A stretch of DNA of 64,000 nucleotides, from assembly GCA_963666275.2 (NCBI GenBank), contig CAXXOA010000002.1:256001-320000 (forward strand). The letters run 5' to 3'. Under the pieces are notes generated by a model, which had not been told where the DNA came from, did not search any database, and saw only the letters and a program-made list of their open reading frames with translations. Position 1 is the stretch's first letter. Each line of letters begins with the position of its first letter. The translations under genes and the position numbers were made by a program. Below are positions 9,810-19,912 of this stretch, in pieces. Source of the DNA: Oceanispirochaeta sp. Its GTDB lineage: Bacteria; Spirochaetota; Spirochaetia; DSM-2461.

Positions 9810-10259
9810 ATGGAAAACAGCCTTTCAGGAACAATAAAAGACAGGGTGCACGCCCTGCCGGTAAGAGTCTATTACAGCGATACAGATGCGGGCGGAGTGG
9901 TTTATCACAGCCGGTATATTGATATGGCCGAACACGGCAGGAGCGAAATGCTCCGCAACCTGGGAGGCAATCAGGCCGAAACCATAGAAAAGGAGAAAAT
10001 CGCCTTCGTGGTCCGCTCCCTCTCCGTGGATTACAACAGTCCGGCTTTTCTGGATGACCTGCTCACCGTCGAGACAAGAGTGACCCGCTGCGAAGCCTTT
10101 ACGGTCCAGTTCGATCAGAGAATACTGCGGGGTGACTCCTGCCTGGCACAACTGAAAGTGAAAGCGGGGAGCATCTCTCTGGAAACCGGCCGCCCCCGGC
10201 CCATGCCGAAAGAGTGGAAAGCCTCCATAGATGCGCTTCTTCTGAAAGGAAATGACTAA
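9810..10259 (+). CDS. ybgC: YbgC-family acyl-CoA thioesterase
   Basis: VRVYYSDTDAGGVVYHSRY hot-dog-fold signature. Confidence 0.88.
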   Translation: MENSLSGTIKDRVHALPVRVYYSDTDAGGVVYHSRYIDMAEHGRSEMLRNLGGNQAETIEKEKIAFVVRSLSVDYNSPAFLDDLLTVETRVTRCEAFTVQFDQRILRGDSCLAQLKVKAGSISLETGRPRPMPKEWKASIDALLLKGND

Positions 10260-12136
10260 AGGGTAAAGCCGGAAATCACCGACTGAAGAGAGCTGCCCAG
10301 TTTCTTCCCCTCCTCCGAGAGGCCTTTCAGATCGGAAAGGGACTCGTAAACCGTGGAGTAGGAGGTCAGCTGTGTATTGGTCAGCTCCCGGATCCTTCGG
10401 CACTGTCCCATAAAATTCTCAATATTCTCTTTGATCAGGGAATTTTCCGACACCTGACGGTTAGTTTCCACCTGTATTCCGCTGGATGAAGTCACCACAT
10501 CACTGACAACCCGGATCAGATCATCGGTTCCGCTCTTCTGCTCAATCATGGCGGCGGCAATTTCCGAAGAGAGCATGGCCGATTCTTCTATCATTTTCAG
10601 CACGCTGTCCAGAATTGTACCGGCTTCCCGGGATGTCCGTACCCCCTGATCGACTTTCTCATTGAGAGTGTGGATGTTTCCGGCAATATAGCTTGTATTT
10701 TCCGCACTGTTCCCGGCGAGCTTTCTCACCTCATCCGCCACCACGGCGAATCCCAGTCCTTTGTCGCCCGCATGGGCCGCTTCTATGGCGGCATTCATGG
10801 CGAGCATATTGGTCTGAGCGGCCAGTTTGCCTATGAGATGCACCAGTCCGTTCATCTGCTCCGAGGTTTCCAGAATTCCCTCGATACAGGAAATGGAGGA
10901 TTTGACAGCCTGACTCCCCTGAACAATCGACTCATTGAGTTCTTCAGAGATACGGCTGGCGGCCTGGGAGTGATCGGAAACACTCACAATATTGGCGGTC
11001 ATCTCTTCGATCGTGGACGATGTGGAATCCACCGAAGAGCGGTGAACCTCCACCAGATCGGATATCCGCCCCACTCCCTGAAGCATTTCGCCCAGCTTTT
11101 CCCCGGTGGTAGCCACAACGGTCTCCTGATCTGCCAGAGAGGCATCCACATCCCGGGAGGAAGCCAGGATGGCACTGGAAGTCTCCCGGACGGCATCAAT
11201 GGATCTGTCGATTTCATCAGAGATCATCTGCATCTCTCCGGCAGCCTCGGCCACCTCTGAAAATGCCGAATGAAGCTTCTCCATCAGATGGTTGATCTCT
11301 TCTACAAGATCTCCGGTTTTATCGAAATTCAGAAGATAGAGCTTGCCCGTCAGATCCCCACCGGCCGCATTCAGCTCTTTGAGCTTCTCCGTCATAATCC
11401 GGATCTGAGCCCGGTCTTCCTGGCGGCTCAGCAGGATCAGGACAATCCCTGCTGTAAGGAATATGAAACTGAGCAGAATGACTGTACCAATATAGCTAAT
11501 GCCGTTGGGCTCCCCGGTGGAGGCATAATACCGCCCGGCATATGTTGTAAACAGGACAGCAGAGAGCACAACAACAACGGTAATGATCAGGTTTTTATTG
11601 AGGCTGAAAAGGTCCTCTTCTCCGGGATTCCTTTCTGTCATTTTCAGAAATCCCTTGACCGGAACAAAAATGATGTTCATGACGATCGAAGAGAACAGAG
11701 CTCCCAAAAGACCGGACAGCACCGAAAGGCTGAGGCTCCAGAAAAAGGGGACCCCTCCGGGAGTCACCCAGTGATAGGCCATATAGAACGCAAAATTCGA
11801 AAGGATCCACAAAAGGCTGTGAACACTCATGAGGACCCAGGGAATGGACAGGGTCGCCTTCCGGGCCGCTTCATACTGCTCTCCCTGCTTGAAAAAGCTT
11901 CTGAGAGGTTTGAGAATCCTACCTATGATGAGAAGTGCTGCCACGGCAGCGATAAGGAAAAGCATAAGAATCACCGGTTTGACAGAGACTGTCAGCCTGA
12001 AAACCATCCCGCCCTGGAGAGCAGGATTATAGATCTGAAGAAGACTCTGGGAGAGCTGTACGAAAAAAAGGGGAAAAAGGATATTGATAAGAACAACCTG
12101 GAAGGTCAGTTTTTTCCCGTTAAATGAGTTGGACAC
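10256..12136 (-). CDS. Methyl-accepting chemotaxis protein with polytopic N-terminal membrane region
   Basis: About six hydrophobic segments; [17 protein letters not shown]...GFAVVADEVRKLA hairpin. Confidence 0.93.
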   Translation of the reverse strand: MSNSFNGKKLTFQVVLINILFPLFFVQLSQSLLQIYNPALQGGMVFRLTVSVKPVILMLFLIAAVAALLIIGRILKPLRSFFKQGEQYEAARKATLSIPWVLMSVHSLLWILSNFAFYMAYHWVTPGGVPFFWSLSLSVLSGLLGALFSSIVMNIIFVPVKGFLKMTERNPGEEDLFSLNKNLIITVVVVLSAVLFTTYAGRYYASTGEPNGISYIGTVILLSFIFLTAGIVLILLSRQEDRAQIRIMTEKLKELNAAGGDLTGKLYLLNFDKTGDLVEEINHLMEKLHSAFSEVAEAAGEMQMISDEIDRSIDAVRETSSAILASSRDVDASLADQETVVATTGEKLGEMLQGVGRISDLVEVHRSSVDSTSSTIEEMTANIVSVSDHSQAASRISEELNESIVQGSQAVKSSISCIEGILETSEQMNGLVHLIGKLAAQTNMLAMNAAIEAAHAGDKGLGFAVVADEVRKLAGNSAENTSYIAGNIHTLNEKVDQGVRTSREAGTILDSVLKMIEESAMLSSEIAAAMIEQKSGTDDLIRVVSDVVTSSSGIQVETNRQVSENSLIKENIENFMGQCRRIRELTNTQLTSYSTVYESLSDLKGLSEEGKKLGSSLQSVISGFTL

Positions 12137-12266
12137 CTGAATTCACCTTTTGAAAGAATATGCACAAGCATATCATACTAAAAGGCGGGAGCCGATATTT
12201 TATTCATCCAATCCGGGGAAATTCTTTCTGATTCTTTTATGAAAGCTCCCCCGGAGGAATCCGGAC

Positions 12267-12791
12267 CTACCAGGAACCTATGTTGTTTCGGATCACGTCC
12301 TTCACCTGAGCCTGTATTTCCGATTTCTGCTGACTTGTCAGTTCAAATCTGTTGTTTTCCAGATTCTGAATAAAAGGACCGCTGCCGCCCTCCTGATAAC
12401 CGGCCTGAAGAAGAGGAACCAGGTCGGAATCCAGAAGCAGCAGAGTGGGGAACCCCTGAACACCGAAAAGAGCCGCCATGACCTGATTCTGCTTCTGGAT
12501 CTCCTGACTCTGGGTGATCCCGTTGGGAAAATCCAGAAAAACAAGGATAAGATTCTCCCGGGCATAATCTTTGAATTCCTGTGTATCAAAAACTTCGGCC
12601 CTCAGTTTTTTACACCAGATACACCAGTCAGATCCTGTATAGTTCAGCAGCAGATTCTTTCCCGTTTCTTCCGATTCGGCTATGGCTCCCAGAAGGTCCT
12701 GGGTCCAGCCCTCAGGAGGGTAGGCTTCCCCGTGAAGGGCCATGGCAGAGACCAGAAAGAGTAGAAACGGAAGGATCTGTTTTATTTTCAT
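12267..12791 (-). CDS. Exported thioredoxin-family protein
   Basis: Signal peptide MKIKQ...ALHG; TGSDWCIWC; GFPT. Confidence 0.88.
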   Translation of the reverse strand: MKIKQILPFLLFLVSAMALHGEAYPPEGWTQDLLGAIAESEETGKNLLLNYTGSDWCIWCKKLRAEVFDTQEFKDYARENLILVFLDFPNGITQSQEIQKQNQVMAALFGVQGFPTLLLLDSDLVPLLQAGYQEGGSGPFIQNLENNRFELTSQQKSEIQAQVKDVIRNNIGSW

Positions 12792-12937
12792 TGAAATCTC
12801 CAATATTCGTTTTTTTGTATATTCAATATATTACAAAACCACCCGGGAATCCAGAAAAACCCGCAAACTTCTGAAAATCCGCATTGTAACTTCTACTCAG
12901 GAAAGGTATTTTCAACATGTAGGAGGCAGGGAATCCC

Positions 12938-13873
12938 ATGATCCGGGTAGAGAAGATTCAAAAAAACTTCGGCGAGATTCAGGCTGTCAGAGAGATAAGT
13001 CTGGAAGTCCGGAAAGGGGAAATCCTCGGCATCCTGGGGCCCAACGGCGCTGGAAAAACCACGACCCTCAGAATGATAGCCGGTTTCCTGAGACCTGCAT
13101 CCGGAACGGTCTCTATTGAAGGGCTGGATATGATGAGCAGCCCCGAAGAGGCCAAGATGAAGATCGGGTATCTGCCCGAATCAGCACCTCTGCCCTCAGA
13201 GATGCCTGTTTATGATTACCTTAAGTACATCGGGAAACTCAGAGGACTGAACAGCAGGAGTCTGGAGACCCAGATCGAAAGGCTCTCCTCCACCTGCCGG
13301 ATCCGGGAGGTGATGCATAAGAAAATGGAAACCCTATCGAAAGGGTACAGACAGAGAGTGGGGATCGCCTCCATCCTTCTGTCAGATCCACCAGTACTGA
13401 TCCTGGATGAACCGGCCTCCGGCCTTGACCCTTCGCAGATTCAGGATTTCCGGAATCTTATCAAAAGTATCAGCCCAGAAAAGGCCATAATCTTCTCCAC
13501 CCATATACTCAGCGAAGCGGAGGTCCTCTGCAGCCGCATCCTGGTTGTAAACCGGGGAAAAATCGCGGCGGAAGTGAAGCCACGGGAGGCCCGGTCGCAG
13601 GAGCAGCCCCCCCGGGTCCTGAGACTGGTCCTGGAAGGCAGTGAAAGCAGGCCCCTGGCAAAGGCTCTTGAATCTCTGGATGGGGTGGATCAGTGCGAAG
13701 AAATTAAAACCTCATCTGAAGAAACAGTTCTGAAAGTCCATAGCCGGAGAGATCTGCGGAGGAAAATTTTCAGGATGGTCAAAGACAGAGACCTCACCCT
13801 CCTTGAAATGTCTCCGCAAGAGAGATCCCTTGAAGATCTTTACAGAGAGATAACAGGGGAAGACCATGCATAG
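12938..13873 (+). CDS. ABC transporter ATP-binding protein, GldA-like
   Basis: Walker A GPNGAGKTT, LSKGYRQRVG signature, LDEP. Confidence 0.92.
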   Translation: MIRVEKIQKNFGEIQAVREISLEVRKGEILGILGPNGAGKTTTLRMIAGFLRPASGTVSIEGLDMMSSPEEAKMKIGYLPESAPLPSEMPVYDYLKYIGKLRGLNSRSLETQIERLSSTCRIREVMHKKMETLSKGYRQRVGIASILLSDPPVLILDEPASGLDPSQIQDFRNLIKSISPEKAIIFSTHILSEAEVLCSRILVVNRGKIAAEVKPREARSQEQPPRVLRLVLEGSESRPLAKALESLDGVDQCEEIKTSSEETVLKVHSRRDLRRKIFRMVKDRDLTLLEMSPQERSLEDLYREITGEDHA

Positions 13874-16442
13874 GATCGAAAAAATATACTACCTCATGAG
13901 AAAAGAGATCGCCGGCCTGCTCCTCTCCCCCCTGGGAATCATTGTCACACTCCTGTATCTGGGGCTGAACAGCTGGTTTTTTCTATCCCCTTTTTTCCTG
14001 GCAGGCAGGGCGGATATGCTGGACTTTTTTACTCTCCAGCCCCTGTACTTCGCTCTGATCCTGCCGGCTGTGACCATGGGTCTTCTGGCGGGAGAATCCC
14101 GTTCAGGCCATCTTGAGATTCTACAGACCCTTCCTGTCAGCCCCGGGCAGATTCTGATGGGAAAATACCTTTCCGCCCTGTGTACGGGGGGCCTGCTCCT
14201 GGTTCCCACACTGGCCTATCCTCTGAGCATCAGTCTTATGGGGAATCTCGACGGGGGTCCTGTATTCTCCGCTTACCTGGGGCTCCTTCTGCAGATCAGC
14301 CTATTTGCGGCGGCAGGGATCTTCTTCTCTTCCCTGACATCCCGTCAGCTCACCGCTTTTCTGGGAACTCTGGGAATCTGTCTTATCCTGCTCCTGGCGG
14401 ATGATATGGGAGCCTTCCTGTCCGGAGGGCTTTCTGAAGCTCTCAGCCGGCTGGGCAGTGATTCCCACTACCTCCCTTTCACAAGAGGCCTTATAACACT
14501 GCAGGACAGCCTCTACTTTATCCTGGCCTCCATGGTCCTGCTTATGGTTTCCAGAGAAATTCTGAACAAAACCGATCGCCCCCTTTTCCCGGCACTGAGG
14601 ATCGCGCTCTACGCGGCAGCTCTCCTCCTCCTTATTCTTGTGGTCAAACCCTACTCCCCCCAGTGGGATACCACCAGCCGGAAAACCCATACCCTTTCCG
14701 ATGAAACCAGGAGAGTCCTCTCGGATCTGGAAGAACCGATGACTGTTCAGATCTACCTCTCCCGGGATCTGCCGGGGGCCTACAGTGCCCTCAGGGGAAC
14801 AGTCACAACACTGATGGAACGTTACAGAACCCGGGGAAAGGGGAAGTTCCAGTACCAGGTGCACCTCCTTTCGGGAACAGAAGGAGAAGTTCAGGAGCAG
14901 GCAAGAGCCTACGGTATTACCCCCCTCTCCCTTCAGGGAATTGAAGAAGATGAAATGACCCTGATCTCGGCCTGGGCGGGAATGGTTCTTCTCCAGGGAG
15001 CCAGGCAGGCAGTACTGCCCGCGCTGGATCCCGAGGAGAACCTGGAGTATTCCATTACGGAGGCTATGGAAAAACTGACACGCCAATCGGGTCAGCTGAT
15101 CCGTCTCCCGGAGAATATCACCATTGACGTGGAAATTTCGGAAAGCCTTCTGGCATGGAATGAGACCCTGGAATACTATCCCCGGCTTATAAGACAAACC
15201 GTGGAAGAGCTCAATCCCGCCTTTCTGGACAGACTGGAGTTCAGCTCCCGGACTGTCCCTTCCGCATCCCTGATGGCAAGACTGACTGTGAAAGGCAACG
15301 GAAGATCCTATACAAGAGATCTGATCAGCCTGGAGGGAGAGGAGCTGAACCTCCTGTCTCCTCAAGAGATCTCCGATCTGATCCGGCAGATAATCTCCCT
15401 GCTGCTGGGCACGGAAAAGACCCTGGGATACCTGACAGACCATGGAACGCTCCCCCTTTTCGGGGACGGTGGGGTCAGCAATTTCAGCCGACTGGTCTCT
15501 CAGGGCTACGAAATACGGCCTGTAACACTGAATACACTCCCTGATACCCTGACAGCTCTGATCATCAATTCTCCGAGTCTGAGGTTTTCCGCCGCAGAAC
15601 AGGGCGTTCTCAATCAGTATGTGCGGCAGGGAGGTTCTCTGGCTATCTTTCTGAGCAGCCACTATGAGCACTATCCCACAGAGGAGGAACTGCAGGAGGG
15701 GAAACTGCCTGAATATACGAGAGAACAGACAGGACTGAAAGAGTTCCTGGCAGGGTACGGTATGGGCATACAGGAGGGCTATGTTCTGGATACGGACAGT
15801 TACACAGAAGTATTTCAGGAGGATGATGGAAACTATACAGAGATCCCTGTGTATTATGCCCCTCTGATATCAGGCAGCAACATCAACAGGGATGTTGAGG
15901 AGCTGGAACCGCTCAAGGAGTTCCTGGCTTTGCATATCTCTCCCCTCAGGCTTCTGAACTCAGACGACCCGTCCATAACGCCTCTCTTCTCCTCTTCCGC
16001 TTCCGCCTGGCTGATGGATGAAAACATAAACCTCTATGATCCCATGTCTATCATCCCTCCCTCCGGAGAGAGCAGACAGAGATTCCTTCTGGGAGCCCTT
16101 GCCAGGCCGGAGAATACGCAAGGGATGATCCTCCTTACCGGCTCAGGCCGATTTCTTGAGGACAGCCTGATCGATCCCCGGGGAAGAACCGACAACGCCG
16201 TTTTCATTCTGAACATGATGGATATGCTGGCGGGAGAGACGGGAAGGGCCCAGCTCCGTTCCAAAGGGATGGGCTATACCTCTCTGAACGAAACTTCCCC
16301 TTCGGCACGGCAGATCTTCAGGGTTTTCAATGTCTATCTTCTCCCTCTGATGACAATACTCCTGATCCTGGCCGGTATGAAGCAGAAAAAAAACAGGCTG
16401 AAAAAAATTGAAAGCTCCTTCAGGCAGGAAAAGCAACCTTGA
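13866..16442 (+). CDS. Fused ABC-2 permease (GldF-like) and GldG-like extracytoplasmic domain
   Basis: TMGLLAGESRSGHLEILQTLP..GKYL; WDTT..HTLSDET..L; LGYLTDHG; C-terminal TM. Confidence 0.85.
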   Translation: MHRIEKIYYLMRKEIAGLLLSPLGIIVTLLYLGLNSWFFLSPFFLAGRADMLDFFTLQPLYFALILPAVTMGLLAGESRSGHLEILQTLPVSPGQILMGKYLSALCTGGLLLVPTLAYPLSISLMGNLDGGPVFSAYLGLLLQISLFAAAGIFFSSLTSRQLTAFLGTLGICLILLLADDMGAFLSGGLSEALSRLGSDSHYLPFTRGLITLQDSLYFILASMVLLMVSREILNKTDRPLFPALRIALYAAALLLLILVVKPYSPQWDTTSRKTHTLSDETRRVLSDLEEPMTVQIYLSRDLPGAYSALRGTVTTLMERYRTRGKGKFQYQVHLLSGTEGEVQEQARAYGITPLSLQGIEEDEMTLISAWAGMVLLQGARQAVLPALDPEENLEYSITEAMEKLTRQSGQLIRLPENITIDVEISESLLAWNETLEYYPRLIRQTVEELNPAFLDRLEFSSRTVPSASLMARLTVKGNGRSYTRDLISLEGEELNLLSPQEISDLIRQIISLLLGTEKTLGYLTDHGTLPLFGDGGVSNFSRLVSQGYEIRPVTLNTLPDTLTALIINSPSLRFSAAEQGVLNQYVRQGGSLAIFLSSHYEHYPTEEELQEGKLPEYTREQTGLKEFLAGYGMGIQEGYVLDTDSYTEVFQEDDGNYTEIPVYYAPLISGSNINRDVEELEPLKEFLALHISPLRLLNSDDPSITPLFSSSASAWLMDENINLYDPMSIIPPSGESRQRFLLGALARPENTQGMILLTGSGRFLEDSLIDPRGRTDNAVFILNMMDMLAGETGRAQLRSKGMGYTSLNETSPSARQIFRVFNVYLLPLMTILLILAGMKQKKNRLKKIESSFRQEKQP

Positions 16443-17323
16443 ATCAGAACCGCCGTCGGTACGAGTGGCTGATCCTTAGCGCCCTGATCCTGATGCTGGG
16501 GGGAATCCTGCTGATCCGTTCCGTCAGAAGCAGCAGCCCCCTTCCGGACTGGTCCAGCACTCTCCCGTTCCCGCCGGAGCAGCTCCTTATAGAATATCCG
16601 GATAGAACCCGGAGTCTGATCCTTGAAAGGAGAAAGGACCAGTGGTACCTGCCTCAAATCGAACGGCCCGGCGGAGTCGGAGAAGTGGAAAACTTTCTTC
16701 AGGATATCAGGGCCCTTCAGCCAGTGAATATCCTATCGCAGAAGGGGCCCTACTCCCCCTACGGGCTGGAAGAGGAGCAGGCTTTTAAACTGCGTATGAC
16801 AGGAGAAAACGGGGAAACTGTGTTCTATATGGGCAAGCGGAATGAAACCGGCTCCTATACCTATTTCAGAAAGGACGGAGACCCTGCGGTCTATTCAGTC
16901 CGGGGAAACTGGCACAGAACCCTGGGGATACAGCCCGAAGACCTGCGGAGCCGGCAGATATTTTCCCTGGATCCGGACAGGATACAGGCGCTGTCCTTTT
17001 ACACGCAGGATCAGTTAAGCATACTGGAAAGGAGAGAGAAGACCTGGTACAGATCCGGGGAAGTCCCGACAGACCAGAAAAGGATTGACACCTACGTGAA
17101 GAGACTGAGCCAGCTCAACTGTCAGAACTTCATACAGCAGGAAAAGACTAATCCGGTCAGTCCATTGCTGACTGTAAGCATAAGAACCGAGTCGGGATTA
17201 TACACTATGGAACTTCTGGAACAGCAGACAGGGGGGTATCTGGCACGATCGGAAGGAGTGTCGGATAATTTTATTCTGAACAGCTATGACGGCAATACCC
17301 TGAGAGAACTCTCGGGGTTCTAG
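16439..17323 (+). CDS. DUF4340-like membrane-anchored protein
   Basis: N-terminal TM, YGL motif, two internal repeats; usual position after gldG. Confidence 0.75.
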   Translation: MNQNRRRYEWLILSALILMLGGILLIRSVRSSSPLPDWSSTLPFPPEQLLIEYPDRTRSLILERRKDQWYLPQIERPGGVGEVENFLQDIRALQPVNILSQKGPYSPYGLEEEQAFKLRMTGENGETVFYMGKRNETGSYTYFRKDGDPAVYSVRGNWHRTLGIQPEDLRSRQIFSLDPDRIQALSFYTQDQLSILERREKTWYRSGEVPTDQKRIDTYVKRLSQLNCQNFIQQEKTNPVSPLLTVSIRTESGLYTMELLEQQTGGYLARSEGVSDNFILNSYDGNTLRELSGF

Positions 17324-17326
17324 GAT

Positions 17327-18805
17327 CTACAGCGGAGACTCTCCGCCTTCATTATTCCCTGAATCTGATTCGGGACCATCATTCTGAACGGCATGTTTGA
17401 GGATCATATCGATCCTTTCCATATACTCCTCATTGAAGATAAACAGGCCGCCCATGATATTTTCCAGATCTCTGATGATCTGATCCTCTTTAAAATAGGG
17501 TACGGTTTTCAACCGGGAAAGGGGTATCTGAAAACTGCGGCCGGGAACAATGGTCTGATACAAACGGGGATCATGCTCTCCCAGGTGAAAGCCCGACCGG
17601 ATATGCCCGTCACCGTCTATCTCCATCTCTTCCCTGCTGATCTCAAGCCAGTCCGCCGGATAGAGATCCGCCCCGCCCCTGTACCAGATCTTCACTCCCA
17701 GATTTCGGATCTTCCTGAGTAGTGCCAGGATTCCCGCGCCCCACTGCTCTCCCAGAGGAACAAGAAGCATATGCTCTCCCAGGTGGCTGAGCTCCAGAGC
17801 ATCGGCTCCCAGATCAGCCAGCCTTTTAGCTTCGGAAAACAGACGGTCCTGCCAGGCTTTGCTGTTGGGATCCATAATATAAAAGGGACGTTCAAAGTGG
17901 TACTCTATGACTGGTTTTCCGATGGGATCCTTGAGAATGGCGCTTTTCAGTTCAAAGTCATTATCCACCAGATTCTGATCCGCCATTCTGAGATTCAGAT
18001 AAAAACTGACCCGCTGTCCCTTTCTGTGGACTTTACGGATTGCAGCTTTCAAACCCTCTTCTCCTCCCAGAAAACTGGAAGGCTTATAATCAGGATAAAG
18101 GATATCATGCCCATGGGAGTAGCCGAACACATGCAGCCAGTTATTGGTTCCCAGATACTTCTTCATTACCTCGGCAATGTCCGCCAGAACGGAAAAACCC
18201 TTCTCTGTGGGAACCATACAGTCATAGTCAGGGCCGATTAACCCAACCTGAAGCAGATAGGATCCGGGAGGCTCGGCGATTTCCGGCAGAGGCCATTTCA
18301 CTTTTTCAAGGATTCTCTCAATCCAGTTTAAGGCATCTTCACAGTTTCCATTGTATTTGGTCAGGATCCAGTTGGACCGTCCCGTTTTCACTGTAAAAAA
18401 GAGACGGTTGGCAAAGGGGGATTTCAGATTGATCCGGGTTATCCTGCCTTTTTCATCAGGCATGGCACTGAGAATTATACCGCCCTTGCTGTCACCCACA
18501 ATAATAGTCCGGGTATAGGCTGTGATAGGATAGGTAAGGGAAACCCCTTTGGTCTGATTCTCTTTGTCTTCCAGTTTGGTAAAGACATCTGAGAGCTTTC
18601 CCCGCTCCCCTTCATGATTGGGCCACCAGAACCAGGTGTTTTCAGGATTCTCCAGGTCTACTTCCAGTTTCAGTGTTGCCAGTTCTTTTCCGGAGAGGAT
18701 TCGAAAGATATAGAGGGGACCCGAGTGAGTGGTTTCCATCGGACCGTCTATATGGAGACGGCAAATGAGTTCAGAAGTGTTATAGATTATCGATTCACTA
18801 CTCAA
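17327..18805 (-). CDS. Glycoside-hydrolase-like TIM-barrel protein (DUF6259-like)
   Basis: GHDILYPDY..LGGEEGLKAAIRKVHRKGQRVSFYLN, MDPNSKAWQ. Confidence 0.6.
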   Translation of the reverse strand: MSSESIIYNTSELICRLHIDGPMETTHSGPLYIFRILSGKELATLKLEVDLENPENTWFWWPNHEGERGKLSDVFTKLEDKENQTKGVSLTYPITAYTRTIIVGDSKGGIILSAMPDEKGRITRINLKSPFANRLFFTVKTGRSNWILTKYNGNCEDALNWIERILEKVKWPLPEIAEPPGSYLLQVGLIGPDYDCMVPTEKGFSVLADIAEVMKKYLGTNNWLHVFGYSHGHDILYPDYKPSSFLGGEEGLKAAIRKVHRKGQRVSFYLNLRMADQNLVDNDFELKSAILKDPIGKPVIEYHFERPFYIMDPNSKAWQDRLFSEAKRLADLGADALELSHLGEHMLLVPLGEQWGAGILALLRKIRNLGVKIWYRGGADLYPADWLEISREEMEIDGDGHIRSGFHLGEHDPRLYQTIVPGRSFQIPLSRLKTVPYFKEDQIIRDLENIMGGLFIFNEEYMERIDMILKHAVQNDGPESDSGNNEGGESPL

Positions 18806-18828
18806 TCCGTCCTCTCAGAACAGTTCTT

Positions 18829-19434
18829 TCAGCTGGGTTTGTTTTTCAGATATCCGATAATCATCTCTTCTGCCGCAGCTAAATAGGAATCCAGGTCAAT
18901 GGCTTCTTCATCAATAAGATGCTGAACTGAAGCACCCATCAGAAGTGAGACGGTCAGAGACGGAACAGCATCGACTTTTTCGGCACTGAACTCACCCGTT
19001 TTCACCCCTTCCTGAATTACCTCATATAGATTATATCGCCAGTTATTGTAGGAATTTTGAATTTTTTCCTTCAATTCCGGATCGGTTGTCCCCTGAACCC
19101 AGAAATCAAACTGTATATATTCCAGTTTTTTCTTGAGGATGGAACGTTTTTTCTCTACAAAAAAAGCATGGAATTTTCCCAGAGGCGAGCCGTCGGAATT
19201 CCTGAAATCAATATCCCGCTCTTTTCTGAACTGAATAAGAATATATTCAAGAAGCTTGGCTAAAAGCTCCTTTTTTGTATTAAAGTAGTAGTGCAGGATA
19301 CCCTGACTCATGCCCGCTTCTTCTGCAATGTGCCGCATTCTGGTTCCGCTTATTTTTTCCCGGGCAATGACATTTAACGCCGCCTGCATTATTTTATCAG
19401 AACTTTTTTCCTGATCTTTCTTTTTCTGGTCCAT
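18829..19434 (-). CDS. TetR-family transcriptional regulator (BetI-like C-terminus)
   Basis: HTH IAEEAGMSQGILHYYFNTKKEL; start revised to ATG 19434. Confidence 0.92.
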   Translation of the reverse strand: MDQKKKDQEKSSDKIMQAALNVIAREKISGTRMRHIAEEAGMSQGILHYYFNTKKELLAKLLEYILIQFRKERDIDFRNSDGSPLGKFHAFFVEKKRSILKKKLEYIQFDFWVQGTTDPELKEKIQNSYNNWRYNLYEVIQEGVKTGEFSAEKVDAVPSLTVSLLMGASVQHLIDEEAIDLDSYLAAAEEMIIGYLKNKPS

Positions 19435-19513
19435 AACAAAAGATTTTAGCACAGAAGGAAAAAAGTTACATGTATTTACATTGATTGATTGAGCAGTTAT
19501 CCTTTTTCCCATT

Positions 19514-19912
19514 ATGAAGACATTGAAAAACATACCGGTATTTCATGGAATATTCCGGATCATAACGCTGACAGTCCTTACAGTCACACTGGCAGGCTGT
19601 ATGAATCAGGAGGACCAGGCGAGTCTCCTCTTTTTCTATCTCGAAAGCTGCCCCTCCTGTGACGACTATAAAAAGGCGGAGGAACTCTCGGAGCTTCTTG
19701 AAAAAATGGATAAGTCGAGACAGTGGAAAACCGGATCCTATAACCTGGCGATTCCCGAAAACATGCCGAAACTGAAAGCGACCCTGGAGGAGATGGCTCT
19801 CCCGGATATATCCCGGTCTCTGCCCCTGCTGATTCTGGATGATACCTACATCAATGGCTATGAAGAGATCGAAAAGACTCTGCTGGATCTGTCAGTGCAG
19901 GAAAAGAAATAA
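19514..19912 (+). CDS. Lipoprotein with thioredoxin-like CxxC
   Basis: Lipobox LAGC; FFYLESCPSC; LPLLIL..YING. Confidence 0.75.
   Translation: MKTLKNIPVFHGIFRIITLTVLTVTLAGCMNQEDQASLLFFYLESCPSCDDYKKAEELSELLEKMDKSRQWKTGSYNLAIPENMPKLKATLEEMALPDISRSLPLLILDDTYINGYEEIEKTLLDLSVQEKK

Noticed and set aside
14301..15671. 456-aa antisense ORF
   Set aside because: Shadow of the GldF-G gene with no motifs.
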